64,000 nt of DNA from Gammaproteobacteria bacterium (GTDB lineage: Bacteria > Pseudomonadota > Gammaproteobacteria > Eutrophobiales > Eutrophobiaceae). The stretch is taken from assembly GCA_965243205.1 (NCBI GenBank), contig CBDEUK010000002.1, positions 704,001 to 768,000 on the forward strand. The letters run 5' to 3'. Of this stretch, positions 54,215-62,415 are shown piece by piece (position 1 is the first letter of the stretch; each line of letters opens with the position of its first letter). Made by a program: the position numbers and the translations under genes. Below the pieces are notes generated by a model. The model saw nothing but the letters and a program-made list of their open reading frames with translations. It ran no database searches and had not been told where the DNA came from.

Positions 54215-54241
54215 CTTGAAAAGTCTTTGTTCAACCCATAT
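54215..54241 (+). promoter_or_regulatory. Sigma32 (RpoH) promoter of ibpA
   Basis: CTTGAAA-N13-CCCATAT. Confidence 0.8.
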
Positions 54242-54249
54242 CTAAATAT

Positions 54250-54359
54250 TAACCATGGGTCTCACAGTAGAGCATGGTTATTTTAAAGGTCTGAAAACGT
54301 AATCAAGAATCGTTTTCAGTTTTATTAAATATATTGCTTCATAGGAGAATATACATATG
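54250..54359 (+). promoter_or_regulatory. ROSE-like RNA thermometer in ibpA 5' UTR
   Basis: Three hairpins (AACCATG/CATGGTT; CTGAAAACG/CGTTTTCAG; TATATT-GCTTCATAGGAG-AATATA) with TTGCT facing the SD. Confidence 0.6.
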
Positions 54360-54809
54360 ACAACTCTAGACTTAACACCACTCTATCGCAGCAGCATCGG
54401 TTTCGACCGTGTCGGTTCATTACTGGATGCAGCGCTTAACACAGAACAAAGTTACGGCAGTTATCCTCCGTACAATATCGAAGTCACAGGTGAGAATGAT
54501 TATCAAATCAGCCTGGCCGTCGCGGGTTTCGATGAAACTGAATTGGATATTCAAACAGAAAAAGGCGTGCTGACAATTCACGGTAAGAAATCATCAAACA
54601 CTGATGAACGCCAATTCTTACATCAAGGCATTGCTAACCGTTCATTTAAACGTAAGTTTAATTTAGCGGATCATGTAGAAGTGACTGGTGCTTCACTGGA
54701 TAAAGGTTTACTTACTATCAAGTTAGTAAAAGAAATCCCTGAAGCGATGAAACCAAAACAAATCCCGGTGAATGGAGTAAAGCCGGCACTGCAAGAACAC
54801 GCAGCGTAA
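54357..54809 (+). CDS. ibpA: Small heat-shock protein (Hsp20, IbpA/B family)
   Basis: LDLTPLYRSSIGFDR, YPPYNIE, LAVAGF, GIANRSF. Confidence 0.93.
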   Translation: MTTLDLTPLYRSSIGFDRVGSLLDAALNTEQSYGSYPPYNIEVTGENDYQISLAVAGFDETELDIQTEKGVLTIHGKKSSNTDERQFLHQGIANRSFKRKFNLADHVEVTGASLDKGLLTIKLVKEIPEAMKPKQIPVNGVKPALQEHAA

Positions 54810-54917
54810 TATAACTTTCTCCTCCTCTTACCAGTAGTGGCTATGCTGCTACTGGTATTTATTTTTCTAGTATAACCATATAATAAAGCCATCCAATATT
54901 TATCAGATACTTTATAT

Positions 54918-55349
54918 ATGACATCTGAAATACATTCTAAAATTCGTATTAACTTTATAACTGCGTTATTCAGTTTGCTGTTTGCCATACTGGGCTTTAG
55001 TTATAACGCTTGGCGCATGGAGGTAACGGAAGACAATAGCAACATCCGCACGGCTTCGTTTGAAGTGTTAAAAGAACTTGCTTCTTTAGAACAAAATATT
55101 TATTCCTTACACTATGATAAAAACCAAGTTGAAGGCAGTCCTCGAAAAGGTTGGGTCAGTGTTGGATTGATTAATGAGTTAAGTGTATTAATCAATGACG
55201 ATGTGCATGTGCAAGCACAAGCTTTAAAAACGGTTTGGAATGACAACTGGTCAAATATTGAAGCCAGTAATGATTCTACTGAACGGGTAGTTAAAGCAAT
55301 AGAAAATGTACGCGAAGAAATTACTGCCACTTTATCTATGTTGAAGTAA
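54918..55349 (+). CDS. Hypothetical membrane-anchored protein
   Basis: 143-aa ORF, single N-terminal TM followed by a helical domain. Confidence 0.7.
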   Translation: MTSEIHSKIRINFITALFSLLFAILGFSYNAWRMEVTEDNSNIRTASFEVLKELASLEQNIYSLHYDKNQVEGSPRKGWVSVGLINELSVLINDDVHVQAQALKTVWNDNWSNIEASNDSTERVVKAIENVREEITATLSMLK

Positions 55350-55374
55350 AAAATTCCCGGCCATGCAGACCGGG
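55348..55374 (-). terminator. Intrinsic terminator (minus strand)
   Basis: CCCGGTC-TGCAT-GGCCGGG then AATTTTTT; G-U pair only on the minus strand. Confidence 0.7.
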
Positions 55375-55528
55375 CTCGACATGGGGAGTCTAATAAGTTT
55401 GCTCAAATGAATGAGCTGGGCAACTGGTTCGGAAATATATAACAAACTCCCTCAAATGAGGTTTCAACTCAATGAAGTTTTTTTCATCGTTTTATGACAA
55501 GCTTTAATAAATAGTTGAGTTAAGATTG

Positions 55529-55924
55529 CTATTTCTTTGATTTCTTATTCTTATTTTTCTTGTCAGATTTTTTATTTTTATCTTTAGATTTTTTGGACTT
55601 CTTATCTTTATCCTTCTTTTTAGCCTTATCTTTCGCTTTATCTTTTTTCTTATCCTTAGACTTTTTATCTTTACTGGCTTTTTTAGGTTTACTTTTTGAG
55701 TTTTTTTTCAGCGTTTTCTTTGTGGTAGTTTTCTTGGATGAATTCACAATATCATTTGCAGCTTCCAAGGTTTTCTGAGCTCTAAGAGCACCAAAACCTG
55801 GAACCGTCATTAATTTTGCCTTGCCAGCTTTAATAATCGCTTCGGCCGTTTTAAAGCCATGTTCTTGAAGTACTTTTGCCGTTTGAGGGCCGATGCCATT
55901 AATCTCTACTACGGGTGTTGCCAT
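55529..55924 (-). CDS. Helix-hairpin-helix protein with Lys-rich histone-like tail
   Basis: INGIGP...VPGFG tandem HhH, then about 70 aa of K/D/S low complexity. Confidence 0.82.
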   Translation of the reverse strand: MATPVVEINGIGPQTAKVLQEHGFKTAEAIIKAGKAKLMTVPGFGALRAQKTLEAANDIVNSSKKTTTKKTLKKNSKSKPKKASKDKKSKDKKKDKAKDKAKKKDKDKKSKKSKDKNKKSDKKNKNKKSKK

Positions 55925-56060
55925 GACAAACTCCTACTTATTTTTTATCTAACAATATAATAGTGCATCTAATTACATTCTTCAGTTCAGACAGTAAAAT
56001 CGGCGGTTTTTTAATCAATTAGGTCTGGTTTTTGCTGCAATTTTTGAAATTTATTCAAAA

Positions 56061-56094
56061 TTGACATCAAACCGACATATATATGTAATAATCT
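56061..56094 (+). promoter_or_regulatory. Pho boxes plus -10 upstream of btaA
   Basis: 11-bp-phased TTGACAT-CAAA-CCGACAT-ATAT-ATGTAAT; TAATCT starts 10 nt after the second unit. Confidence 0.7.
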
Positions 56095-56136
56095 CCGCTG
56101 CGAGAATGACAGAACTAGGAGCCTCAGCGACACACT

Positions 56137-57309
56137 ATGGTTACGAAGCTAAAACGTAAACTCTTACATGGCACTCACGATTTTTTCTTCAAAAAAGTAC
56201 ACAATAGCTGGCTGATTTATAACGCCAGTTGGGAAGACCCTCGCATCGACCGACAACTGCTTGAACTTGATGAAAACAGCAAAGTTGTTGTACTAACCAG
56301 TGCTGGCTGTAATGCTCTGGATTACCTGCTCGATTCTCCAGCAGAGATCAATGCCATTGACATGAACCCACGTCAAAATGCGCTACTGAACCTTAAATTA
56401 GCGATTATCAAACATCGTAACTTCGAAGACTTATTCAAAATGTTCGGTGAAGGTTCTCACCAAGATTTCCGCAAAGTATACGCAGATGTACGAGATTCGC
56501 TAAGCGATTCCGATAAAGAATTCTGGGATAAAAAAATCGTCTATTTTGATACCAATAGCCGCAAGAAATCATTCTATTATTATGGCGCCTCTGGCTTATT
56601 GGCGTGGATGATCAGCAAATATCTCACGCGCAATAAAGAATTACGCGATGGCTTATTCAGCTTATTTGATGCGCAAAGTCTGGAACAACAAAAAGAAATT
56701 TTTGACCGTATTGAACCGATGATTTGGGGTAAGTTTATGACGTGGTTGGTGCGTCAACCATCGACTATGGCATTAGCTGGCGTTCCTCGCCCTCAAATTG
56801 ATTTAATCAAAGAGCAATATCCAGGTGGACTGGGTGGTTTTATCAGCGATAAATTCCGCCATGTGTTTACCGAAATCTTAGCTGAAGATAATTACTTCTG
56901 GCGTGTGTATTTAACAGGCTCATATTCAAGTAAATGTTGCCCAAATTATTTGAAGTCAGAAAACTTCTTCAAATTAAGAACCAACGCCAACAGTGTTAAA
57001 ACTCACAACAATACCGTAACGGGCTTTTTGAAAGAAAACCCAGGTGAATACACGCATTTTATATTATTGGATCATCAAGATTGGTTGGCGCAGCATGATC
57101 CAATTGCCTTAGAAGAAGAATGGCAAATGATTCTTAAAAACAGTGCCCCAGGTAGCAAAATACTCATGCGTTCTGCTGCAACCGAAATTGATTTTCTTCC
57201 GCAACAAGTCACTGAATCATTACGCTTCTTTCCAGAAAAAACCGATGCCTTGCATGTAACTGACCGAGTTGGTACTTACGGCAGCTTATACTTTGCAGAG
57301 GTTCTATGA
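56137..57309 (+). CDS. btaA: SAM:diacylglycerol 3-amino-3-carboxypropyl transferase (DUF3419)
   Basis: LIYNASWEDPRID, SAGCNALDY, IDMNPRQNALL, NYFW, LLDHQDW, DRVGTYGS. Confidence 0.88.
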   Translation: MVTKLKRKLLHGTHDFFFKKVHNSWLIYNASWEDPRIDRQLLELDENSKVVVLTSAGCNALDYLLDSPAEINAIDMNPRQNALLNLKLAIIKHRNFEDLFKMFGEGSHQDFRKVYADVRDSLSDSDKEFWDKKIVYFDTNSRKKSFYYYGASGLLAWMISKYLTRNKELRDGLFSLFDAQSLEQQKEIFDRIEPMIWGKFMTWLVRQPSTMALAGVPRPQIDLIKEQYPGGLGGFISDKFRHVFTEILAEDNYFWRVYLTGSYSSKCCPNYLKSENFFKLRTNANSVKTHNNTVTGFLKENPGEYTHFILLDHQDWLAQHDPIALEEEWQMILKNSAPGSKILMRSAATEIDFLPQQVTESLRFFPEKTDALHVTDRVGTYGSLYFAEVL

Positions 57310-57941
57310 GTTCAAGTGATGTAGCCAACACCTCGGCACTGCAAAAATACTACAAACTCCATGCTTCAATATATGATGCCACTCGTTGGAGTTTTTTATT
57401 CGGTCGTCAAAAGATCATTGACCTTGCGGCGAAAGAAATCGATCCAAAAACAATCTTAGAAGTGGGTTGTGGTACTGGTCGTAACCTTCAAGCATTAGCT
57501 AAAGCATTTCCAAATGCAGAAATCACAGGCTTGGATCTTTCCAGTGATATGTTAGCGATTGCTGAAAAGAAATTAGCTAATAATCCGAATATTAATGTTG
57601 TCGAACAAAAATACGATAAACCGATTACTGATTCGGCAGGTAATATCAAACAATACGATTTAATTTTATTCTCGTATGCCTTATCAATGTTTAATCCAGG
57701 GTGGGACGAAGCAATAGAAGCTGCAAGTGATCAACTTAGTCATGGTGGCATGGTAGCAGTTGTTGATTTCCATCACAGTCGATTCAAATTCTTCCGTAAC
57801 TGGATGCAAGTCAACCACGTTCGTATGGAAGCTCACCTACAACCGTTCTTACAAGAAGAGTTTTCGTTTATCTTAAATAAACCGATCAATGCCTACCAAG
57901 GCATTTGGCAGTATTTATTGTTTATTGGAAGGAAGAAATAA
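57306..57941 (+). CDS. btaB: SAM-dependent DGHS N-methyltransferase
   Basis: IYDATRWSFLFGR, LEVGCGTGRNL, FSYALSM, VVDF; ATGA overlap with btaA. Confidence 0.85.
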   Translation: MSSSDVANTSALQKYYKLHASIYDATRWSFLFGRQKIIDLAAKEIDPKTILEVGCGTGRNLQALAKAFPNAEITGLDLSSDMLAIAEKKLANNPNINVVEQKYDKPITDSAGNIKQYDLILFSYALSMFNPGWDEAIEAASDQLSHGGMVAVVDFHHSRFKFFRNWMQVNHVRMEAHLQPFLQEEFSFILNKPINAYQGIWQYLLFIGRKK

Positions 57942-58047
57942 TTTTATAGTTTTGCTGCTAATGCTCGGAAGAATATCAAAACTATAAAGCTGATTTTAAT
58001 TAATTGCTTGAATTCTGTTTTTTTTACATACCTACAAAAATATCTCG

Positions 58048-58105
58048 AAAAAATATTTACATTCAATCGACCGCATTAGTCAGCAGCAGGAATGATTAGC
58101 TAGGG
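58048..58105 (-). mobile_element. Decayed attC site 3
   Basis: CCCTAGC-TAATC-ATTCCTGC-N18-ATTGAAT-GTAAAT-ATTTTTT; same 58-bp length as attC1, aligns without gaps, overlaps ORF stop. Confidence 0.45.
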
Positions 58106-58570
58106 TGCACTTTCTTTAACTTTCTCAATTAATGGATAATATTTCTCTGCGATATGTCCATCTAGAACTTCACGGAATTCTTGGCTAAGAAATATTTCTT
58201 TCGCTATGAAAGTTTCATTTGAGAAGCGCATATCATTAAACATTTTGTTTTTTCCTGAAGCCATTTCATAAAGTAATTTAATATAATCTTCTGATGCAGC
58301 ATCAAATAACCATAAAGCTGGGACAGGCTCAGTATCGAAGCTTCTCATACAATTATATTTTGGAAAGAGCGTAACAATGCTTTTTACGAATAGTTCACAA
58401 CTTTCTCCTTTTCGAACTTGACCATTCGCGCATTGATGATAAGCACGGTCAATCTCAAGATACTTCTCAGGGAATGGGCATGCCTGTTCATCTGCAATCG
58501 CAGTAGAACTAATCATTAATAAAAATGTAACTACTATCTTTTGTATATTGTTCTGCATTCTATTTTCCAT
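58100..58570 (-). CDS. Hypothetical exported Cys-containing protein (gene cassette)
   Basis: Signal peptide, four Cys, flanked by attC-like sites, almost no upstream spacer. Confidence 0.7.
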   Translation of the reverse strand: MENRMQNNIQKIVVTFLLMISSTAIADEQACPFPEKYLEIDRAYHQCANGQVRKGESCELFVKSIVTLFPKYNCMRSFDTEPVPALWLFDAASEDYIKLLYEMASGKNKMFNDMRFSNETFIAKEIFLSQEFREVLDGHIAEKYYPLIEKVKESAP

Positions 58571-58574
58571 TAGA

Positions 58575-58643
58575 CCTTAATATCATGCTCTGGGGCTAAC
58601 CAGAACATAGCGTAGGTCCGCCCTAAGCAGCAATTTATTAAGT
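58575..58643 (-). mobile_element. Degenerate attC site 2
   Basis: ACTTAAT...ATTAAGG core boxes; L boxes TGCT(G)CTTAGGGC/GCCCCAGAGCA with extrahelical bases; overlaps the TAA of the upstream ORF. Confidence 0.6.
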
Positions 58644-59186
58644 ATTTTGTCTGTATTTTCTATAATACTCTTCGATAGTATCGAGGAGTTCTTCATAACT
58701 AATTTTTAAGGAGTTCGCTGAAATATTAATTGGTGTGCCACACATTTTTACGTTTGCTTTATTGGCCATACGTTTAAGTGCATTACCAGTATTAACGTAC
58801 TTTTCAGGATCTTGAACTAATATGGATACAAACTTTTGCTTTTGTACCTGATACTCATTTATACCCACAACTTCAGACCAGGGGATAACTCCGGCAGAAA
58901 CACCACTCGAGTTATCTAAAATTCCCTCTTCATTTAGGATTAGCCCTGGAGCTTTATCAAATAATTTCTTTAAACCAACTAACGCACATAGACCAAAGAA
59001 TACGATACCGATCACCCCTATTCCGTATACAAGAGCTGGACTATTAAATCTTCTAGAACTTTCAATAGAGTCTGTATCTAATGTTAGAAACCAAACACCT
59101 AGAGCAACAAATATAGAAGCCCCTACTATAAGTAGAATGATTTTCAGTTTGCTAAGATAAATTATTTTTTCATTCGATAATGACAT
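58638..59186 (-). CDS. STM3941-like two-TM membrane protein (gene cassette)
   Basis: SKLKIILL, two TM, PGLILNEEGI.DNSS...IPWSEV, TPINIS...LKIS. Confidence 0.7.
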   Translation of the reverse strand: MSLSNEKIIYLSKLKIILLIVGASIFVALGVWFLTLDTDSIESSRRFNSPALVYGIGVIGIVFFGLCALVGLKKLFDKAPGLILNEEGILDNSSGVSAGVIPWSEVVGINEYQVQKQKFVSILVQDPEKYVNTGNALKRMANKANVKMCGTPINISANSLKISYEELLDTIEEYYRKYRQNT

Positions 59187-59201
59187 TTTGATTCATTGTT
59201 T

Positions 59202-59259
59202 GCATAACGTTTGAGTTCAACCAACCGCGTAAGCGTTCGACTGGAATGACTTCTTAGGT
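59202..59259 (-). mobile_element. attC site 1 (59-base-element type)
   Basis: ACCTAAG-AAGTC-ATTCCAGT-CGAACGCTTACGCGGTTG-GTTGAAC-TCAAAC-GTTATGC; collinear with aadA-type attC; ATG begins 16 nt after R'. Confidence 0.78.
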
Positions 59260-59335
59260 GATTATGAACTCATAAATAATTCAAAATATTTTACGCTTTT
59301 ATCTTTCTTAGTTGAACGTCGTTGGAAACTATAAT

Positions 59336-59421
59336 TGGTGCCGATGGCCGGAGTCGAACCGGCACGGGCTAAGCCCACTACCCCCTCAAGATAGCGTGTC
59401 TACCAATTCCACCACATCGGC
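59336..59421 (-). tRNA. tRNA-Leu (anticodon GAG)
   Basis: Full cloverleaf: GCCGATG/CATCGGC acceptor stem, CTATC-TTGAGGG-GGTAG anticodon arm, long variable arm, TTCGA loop, encoded CCA. Confidence 0.97.
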
Positions 59422-59482
59422 TTGTTTGAGGAAGGGCTGATAAGAATTCAGCCCTTTGTTTGAATTGTAATTATAGTATGAA

Positions 59483-59983
59483 TTATTGCGGTAAAGCAGG
59501 AAGGTCTTCTGCTTGTTGCTCAACGTCTTGTTGAATCTCTGCTGCTTCTTCTTCCACTGATTCTTTAATTGCTTCAACAGTAGTTGCTGGATCCCATGAA
59601 TCAGTAGCAGCGTCTAGATTTCCACCTTCTGCTTTAGCTTTTTCAGCCGCTTGCTCTAAAGCTTTTCCAAGTTCTTCCGTCGCAGCGTCTTTTTCAACTT
59701 GTTCAACTAATTCAGTATCATCAATCAAACTTGTAGGTGCTTCTCGATTCGCTGCTAGATAACCTAGAGCTAAACTATTTGCTAAAAAAATTGCTGCTAA
59801 AATAGCGGTTACTTTTGTAAAGAAGTTACCTGAACCTTGACTACCAAACACAGTACCCGATGCGCCACTGCCAAAAGCTGCACCCGCATCAGCACCTTTA
59901 CCGTGTTGAATTAAAATAAAACCAATCAGTGTTAAGGCAACAAAAACCTGAACCACTAATAAAATTGTTTGTGCAAATTCCAT
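59483..59983 (-). CDS. secG: Preprotein translocase subunit SecG with long acidic tail
   Basis: LIQHGKGADAGAAFGSGASGTVFGSQGSGNF; tpiA-secG-tRNA-Leu synteny. Confidence 0.95.
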   Translation of the reverse strand: MEFAQTILLVVQVFVALTLIGFILIQHGKGADAGAAFGSGASGTVFGSQGSGNFFTKVTAILAAIFLANSLALGYLAANREAPTSLIDDTELVEQVEKDAATEELGKALEQAAEKAKAEGGNLDAATDSWDPATTVEAIKESVEEEAAEIQQDVEQQAEDLPALPQ

Positions 59984-60741
59984 CATTGTTTCCTCATTGC
60001 ATGACAAATCGAAAGAAAGTCTGCGGCCTTTAACGAAGCACCGCCGATTAAACCACCATCGACATCTGTCATTGAAAATAAATCATCGGCATTGTCGGCC
60101 TTGACGCTGCCACCATATAAAATTCGTATCTTGTCTGCAATTTGCTCATCATGTCTCGCTAATTGCAATCGAATAAAAGCATGAACTTCCTGAGCTTGTT
60201 CTGGCGACGCTGTTTTCCCAGTACCAATCGCCCAAACCGGTTCATAGGCAATCACCGCGTTTGAAAAAGCTTCGATTCCAGCTTGTTTAATCACCGCATC
60301 CAATTGTGCCGCAATGACAGTCTCGGTCTCATCAGACTCACGTTGTTCTAATAATTCCCCTACACATAAGATGGGTATGAGCCCAGACTTTACAACCGCA
60401 TCAAATTTTTCCGCTACCAATGCATCGGTCTCACCGTAATATTCACGACGCTCAGAGTGGCCGATGATCACGTATTCACAGCCCAAATCCTTAACCATCG
60501 ATAAAGCAATTTCACCCGTGTAAGCGCCTTTTTCAATATGCGAAGCGTTTTGTACACCAACCGCAATACTACTTTCCTTTAATAAATCAGCTACTTGCGG
60601 AACATAAATATATGGTGGACAGATTGCGACTTCGCCTTCTGTATTCAGACCATCTCTTATCCCCGTTACCAACTCTTCATTAGCAACCATTGAACCATTC
60701 ATCTTCCAGTTACCAGCAACGAGTGGAGTGCGTGATGTCAT
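59983..60741 (-). CDS. tpiA: Triosephosphate isomerase
   Basis: AGNWKMN, IIGHSERR, AYEPVWAIGTG, YGGSV, GGASL. Confidence 0.98.
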   Translation of the reverse strand: MTSRTPLVAGNWKMNGSMVANEELVTGIRDGLNTEGEVAICPPYIYVPQVADLLKESSIAVGVQNASHIEKGAYTGEIALSMVKDLGCEYVIIGHSERREYYGETDALVAEKFDAVVKSGLIPILCVGELLEQRESDETETVIAAQLDAVIKQAGIEAFSNAVIAYEPVWAIGTGKTASPEQAQEVHAFIRLQLARHDEQIADKIRILYGGSVKADNADDLFSMTDVDGGLIGGASLKAADFLSICHAMRKQ

Positions 60742-60833
60742 AATAAATTAAATCGCCCGAATTAAGTTCGATAGTTAAAAAAGGGGGCAAGCTTACCGAG
60801 CCAAAGACTGGAAATCAAATAATAATCACGTAT

Positions 60834-61493
60834 TTAGGTCGGTTTTTGGCCTAGGACAAAACAGTGTTTGCAATCACTCTGCTTCGAGCATTTCTCCTTG
60901 GCATGTCGCACAATCAGAGCATGATATTCATTAAATAATTGTACATCTTCTCGACCTAAATACCCTTCGAATCCTAAACGTAATTCTTCATATGATTCAT
61001 TACCCTCAACCATCTCAAGTGCTAATAACAACCGACGTGTATATGCATCAATCACAAATACCGGCCGCTCAAAAGCATAAAGTAAAATGTCATCAGCGGT
61101 TTCAGGTCCAACTCCATTTACGGTTAATACTGCATCACGTAACTCTGGGGTTTTTAAGCGATTAAGTTTTCTAAACTGACCTTGCTCATTAAACCACTGA
61201 CAGTAATTTTTTAAACGTTTGGTTTTAACATTGAAATAACCGCTTGGACGAATTAACTTTGCGAGATCGGATTCCGATAATTCTAAAATGGATTCAAGCT
61301 TTAAAACTTTAGCCTGTTTTAAATTATGAATCGCTTTTTCAACATTTATCCAAGCTGTGTTTTGCGTAAGAATAGCACCGACCATCACTTCAAATCGGCT
61401 AGAAGCAGGCCACCAATCTTGTGGCCCATAGGCAGTTAATAATCGATCATAAACGCTGAGTAGCGTCTTTTGGTTAAACGACTTTAAAACTAT
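60834..61493 (-). CDS. Endonuclease III-related HhH-GPD protein; coding region extends upstream of the tracked GTG 61388
   Basis: In-frame upstream VYDRLLTAYGPQDWWP..FEVMVGAILTQNTAW; GVGPETADDILLYA; VIDAYTRR; C-terminal Cys cluster. Start codon uncertain (ATA 61493?). Confidence 0.8.
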   Translation of the reverse strand: MVLKSFNQKTLLSVYDRLLTAYGPQDWWPASSRFEVMVGAILTQNTAWINVEKAIHNLKQAKVLKLESILELSESDLAKLIRPSGYFNVKTKRLKNYCQWFNEQGQFRKLNRLKTPELRDAVLTVNGVGPETADDILLYAFERPVFVIDAYTRRLLLALEMVEGNESYEELRLGFEGYLGREDVQLFNEYHALIVRHAKEKCSKQSDCKHCFVLGQKPT

Positions 61494-61499
61494 GTTGGC

Positions 61500-62396
61500 T
61501 TAACCTTGTTTCTCTAATTTATTTTGGAATTGATAAAGCCTAGCTGAATCAACTGGATTACTTAGATAAGCATCCATACGTCCAGACATTTGTGCATCCA
61601 AAGTTTGAATTCGTGCATTCGGTTCTGGATGCGTTGCATGCATTTGTTTATACGATTCACTAGTTGAAGGATTGATTCGGTTTAACGTATCTAACACACC
61701 CATTAAACCATAAGGGTCGTAACCTGCACGGGCAGCGATAACGACGCCAACTTGATCGGCTTCAAACTCATCATCTCGATTTAATCCACTCTCCCAAACA
61801 TCAACTCCAAGAGTTGTTAATTGATTAACAAGTGTGCCCCAACCTCTACCAAATTTCTGTGAGATCACTTCACCTGCAATGTCTTTCATAAGACCATTAC
61901 GTGCACGTTCTTTGATATCTTCAAGATGATGCTGAACAATCACATGGCCAATCTCATGCGCTAATACGCCAGCCAATTCAGACTCATCACGAAATAACAT
62001 GAATAAACCTTTCGAGATAAACACATACCCGCCTGGGGCAGCAAAAGCATTAATCGTATTATCATCTAATACGCCAAACCGCCAAGGGAGGTTAGGACGT
62101 TCCGTTTGACTCACTAACCACATACCAATTTTATTTACGTATTGTTGCAATTCAGGATCATTAACTAATGGTGCCGCACCTAATAACTGAGAGGACATGT
62201 TTTGTCCGAGTTCGATTTCTTTTGGTTCATCAAATTCTGCAAAAGCGTCTTTATTGTTAACAACAATGTCTATGCCTTTGGTCACATCTTCAATAAAACC
62301 TAAATCTAAGGCCGATGCAGAGATAGCGAGGATGCTTATAATACTTATCAATAAAAGCCGTTTTGTATTCGTAAATAGTTTGTTAAAAATCTTCAT
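61500..62396 (-). CDS. M48-family zinc metallopeptidase, exported
   Basis: INAFAAPGG, LAHEIGH (HExxH), EFEAD, THP. Confidence 0.92.
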   Translation of the reverse strand: MKIFNKLFTNTKRLLLISIISILAISASALDLGFIEDVTKGIDIVVNNKDAFAEFDEPKEIELGQNMSSQLLGAAPLVNDPELQQYVNKIGMWLVSQTERPNLPWRFGVLDDNTINAFAAPGGYVFISKGLFMLFRDESELAGVLAHEIGHVIVQHHLEDIKERARNGLMKDIAGEVISQKFGRGWGTLVNQLTTLGVDVWESGLNRDDEFEADQVGVVIAARAGYDPYGLMGVLDTLNRINPSTSESYKQMHATHPEPNARIQTLDAQMSGRMDAYLSNPVDSARLYQFQNKLEKQG

Positions 62397-62415
62397 TGTA
62401 ATTATCTCTCTTTAA

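Noticed and set aside
55560-55778. Phe/Leu-rich membrane-looking ORF
   Set aside because: Antisense of the Lys-rich tail of the HhH protein.
54066-59335. Prophage or integrative element at tRNA-Leu
   Set aside because: No integrase, phage genes or att direct repeat found; reported only as an accessory islet and CALIN.
59386-59577. 63-aa ORF ending ADVVELVDTLS
   Set aside because: It is a translation of the secG 3' end and the tRNA-Leu gene.
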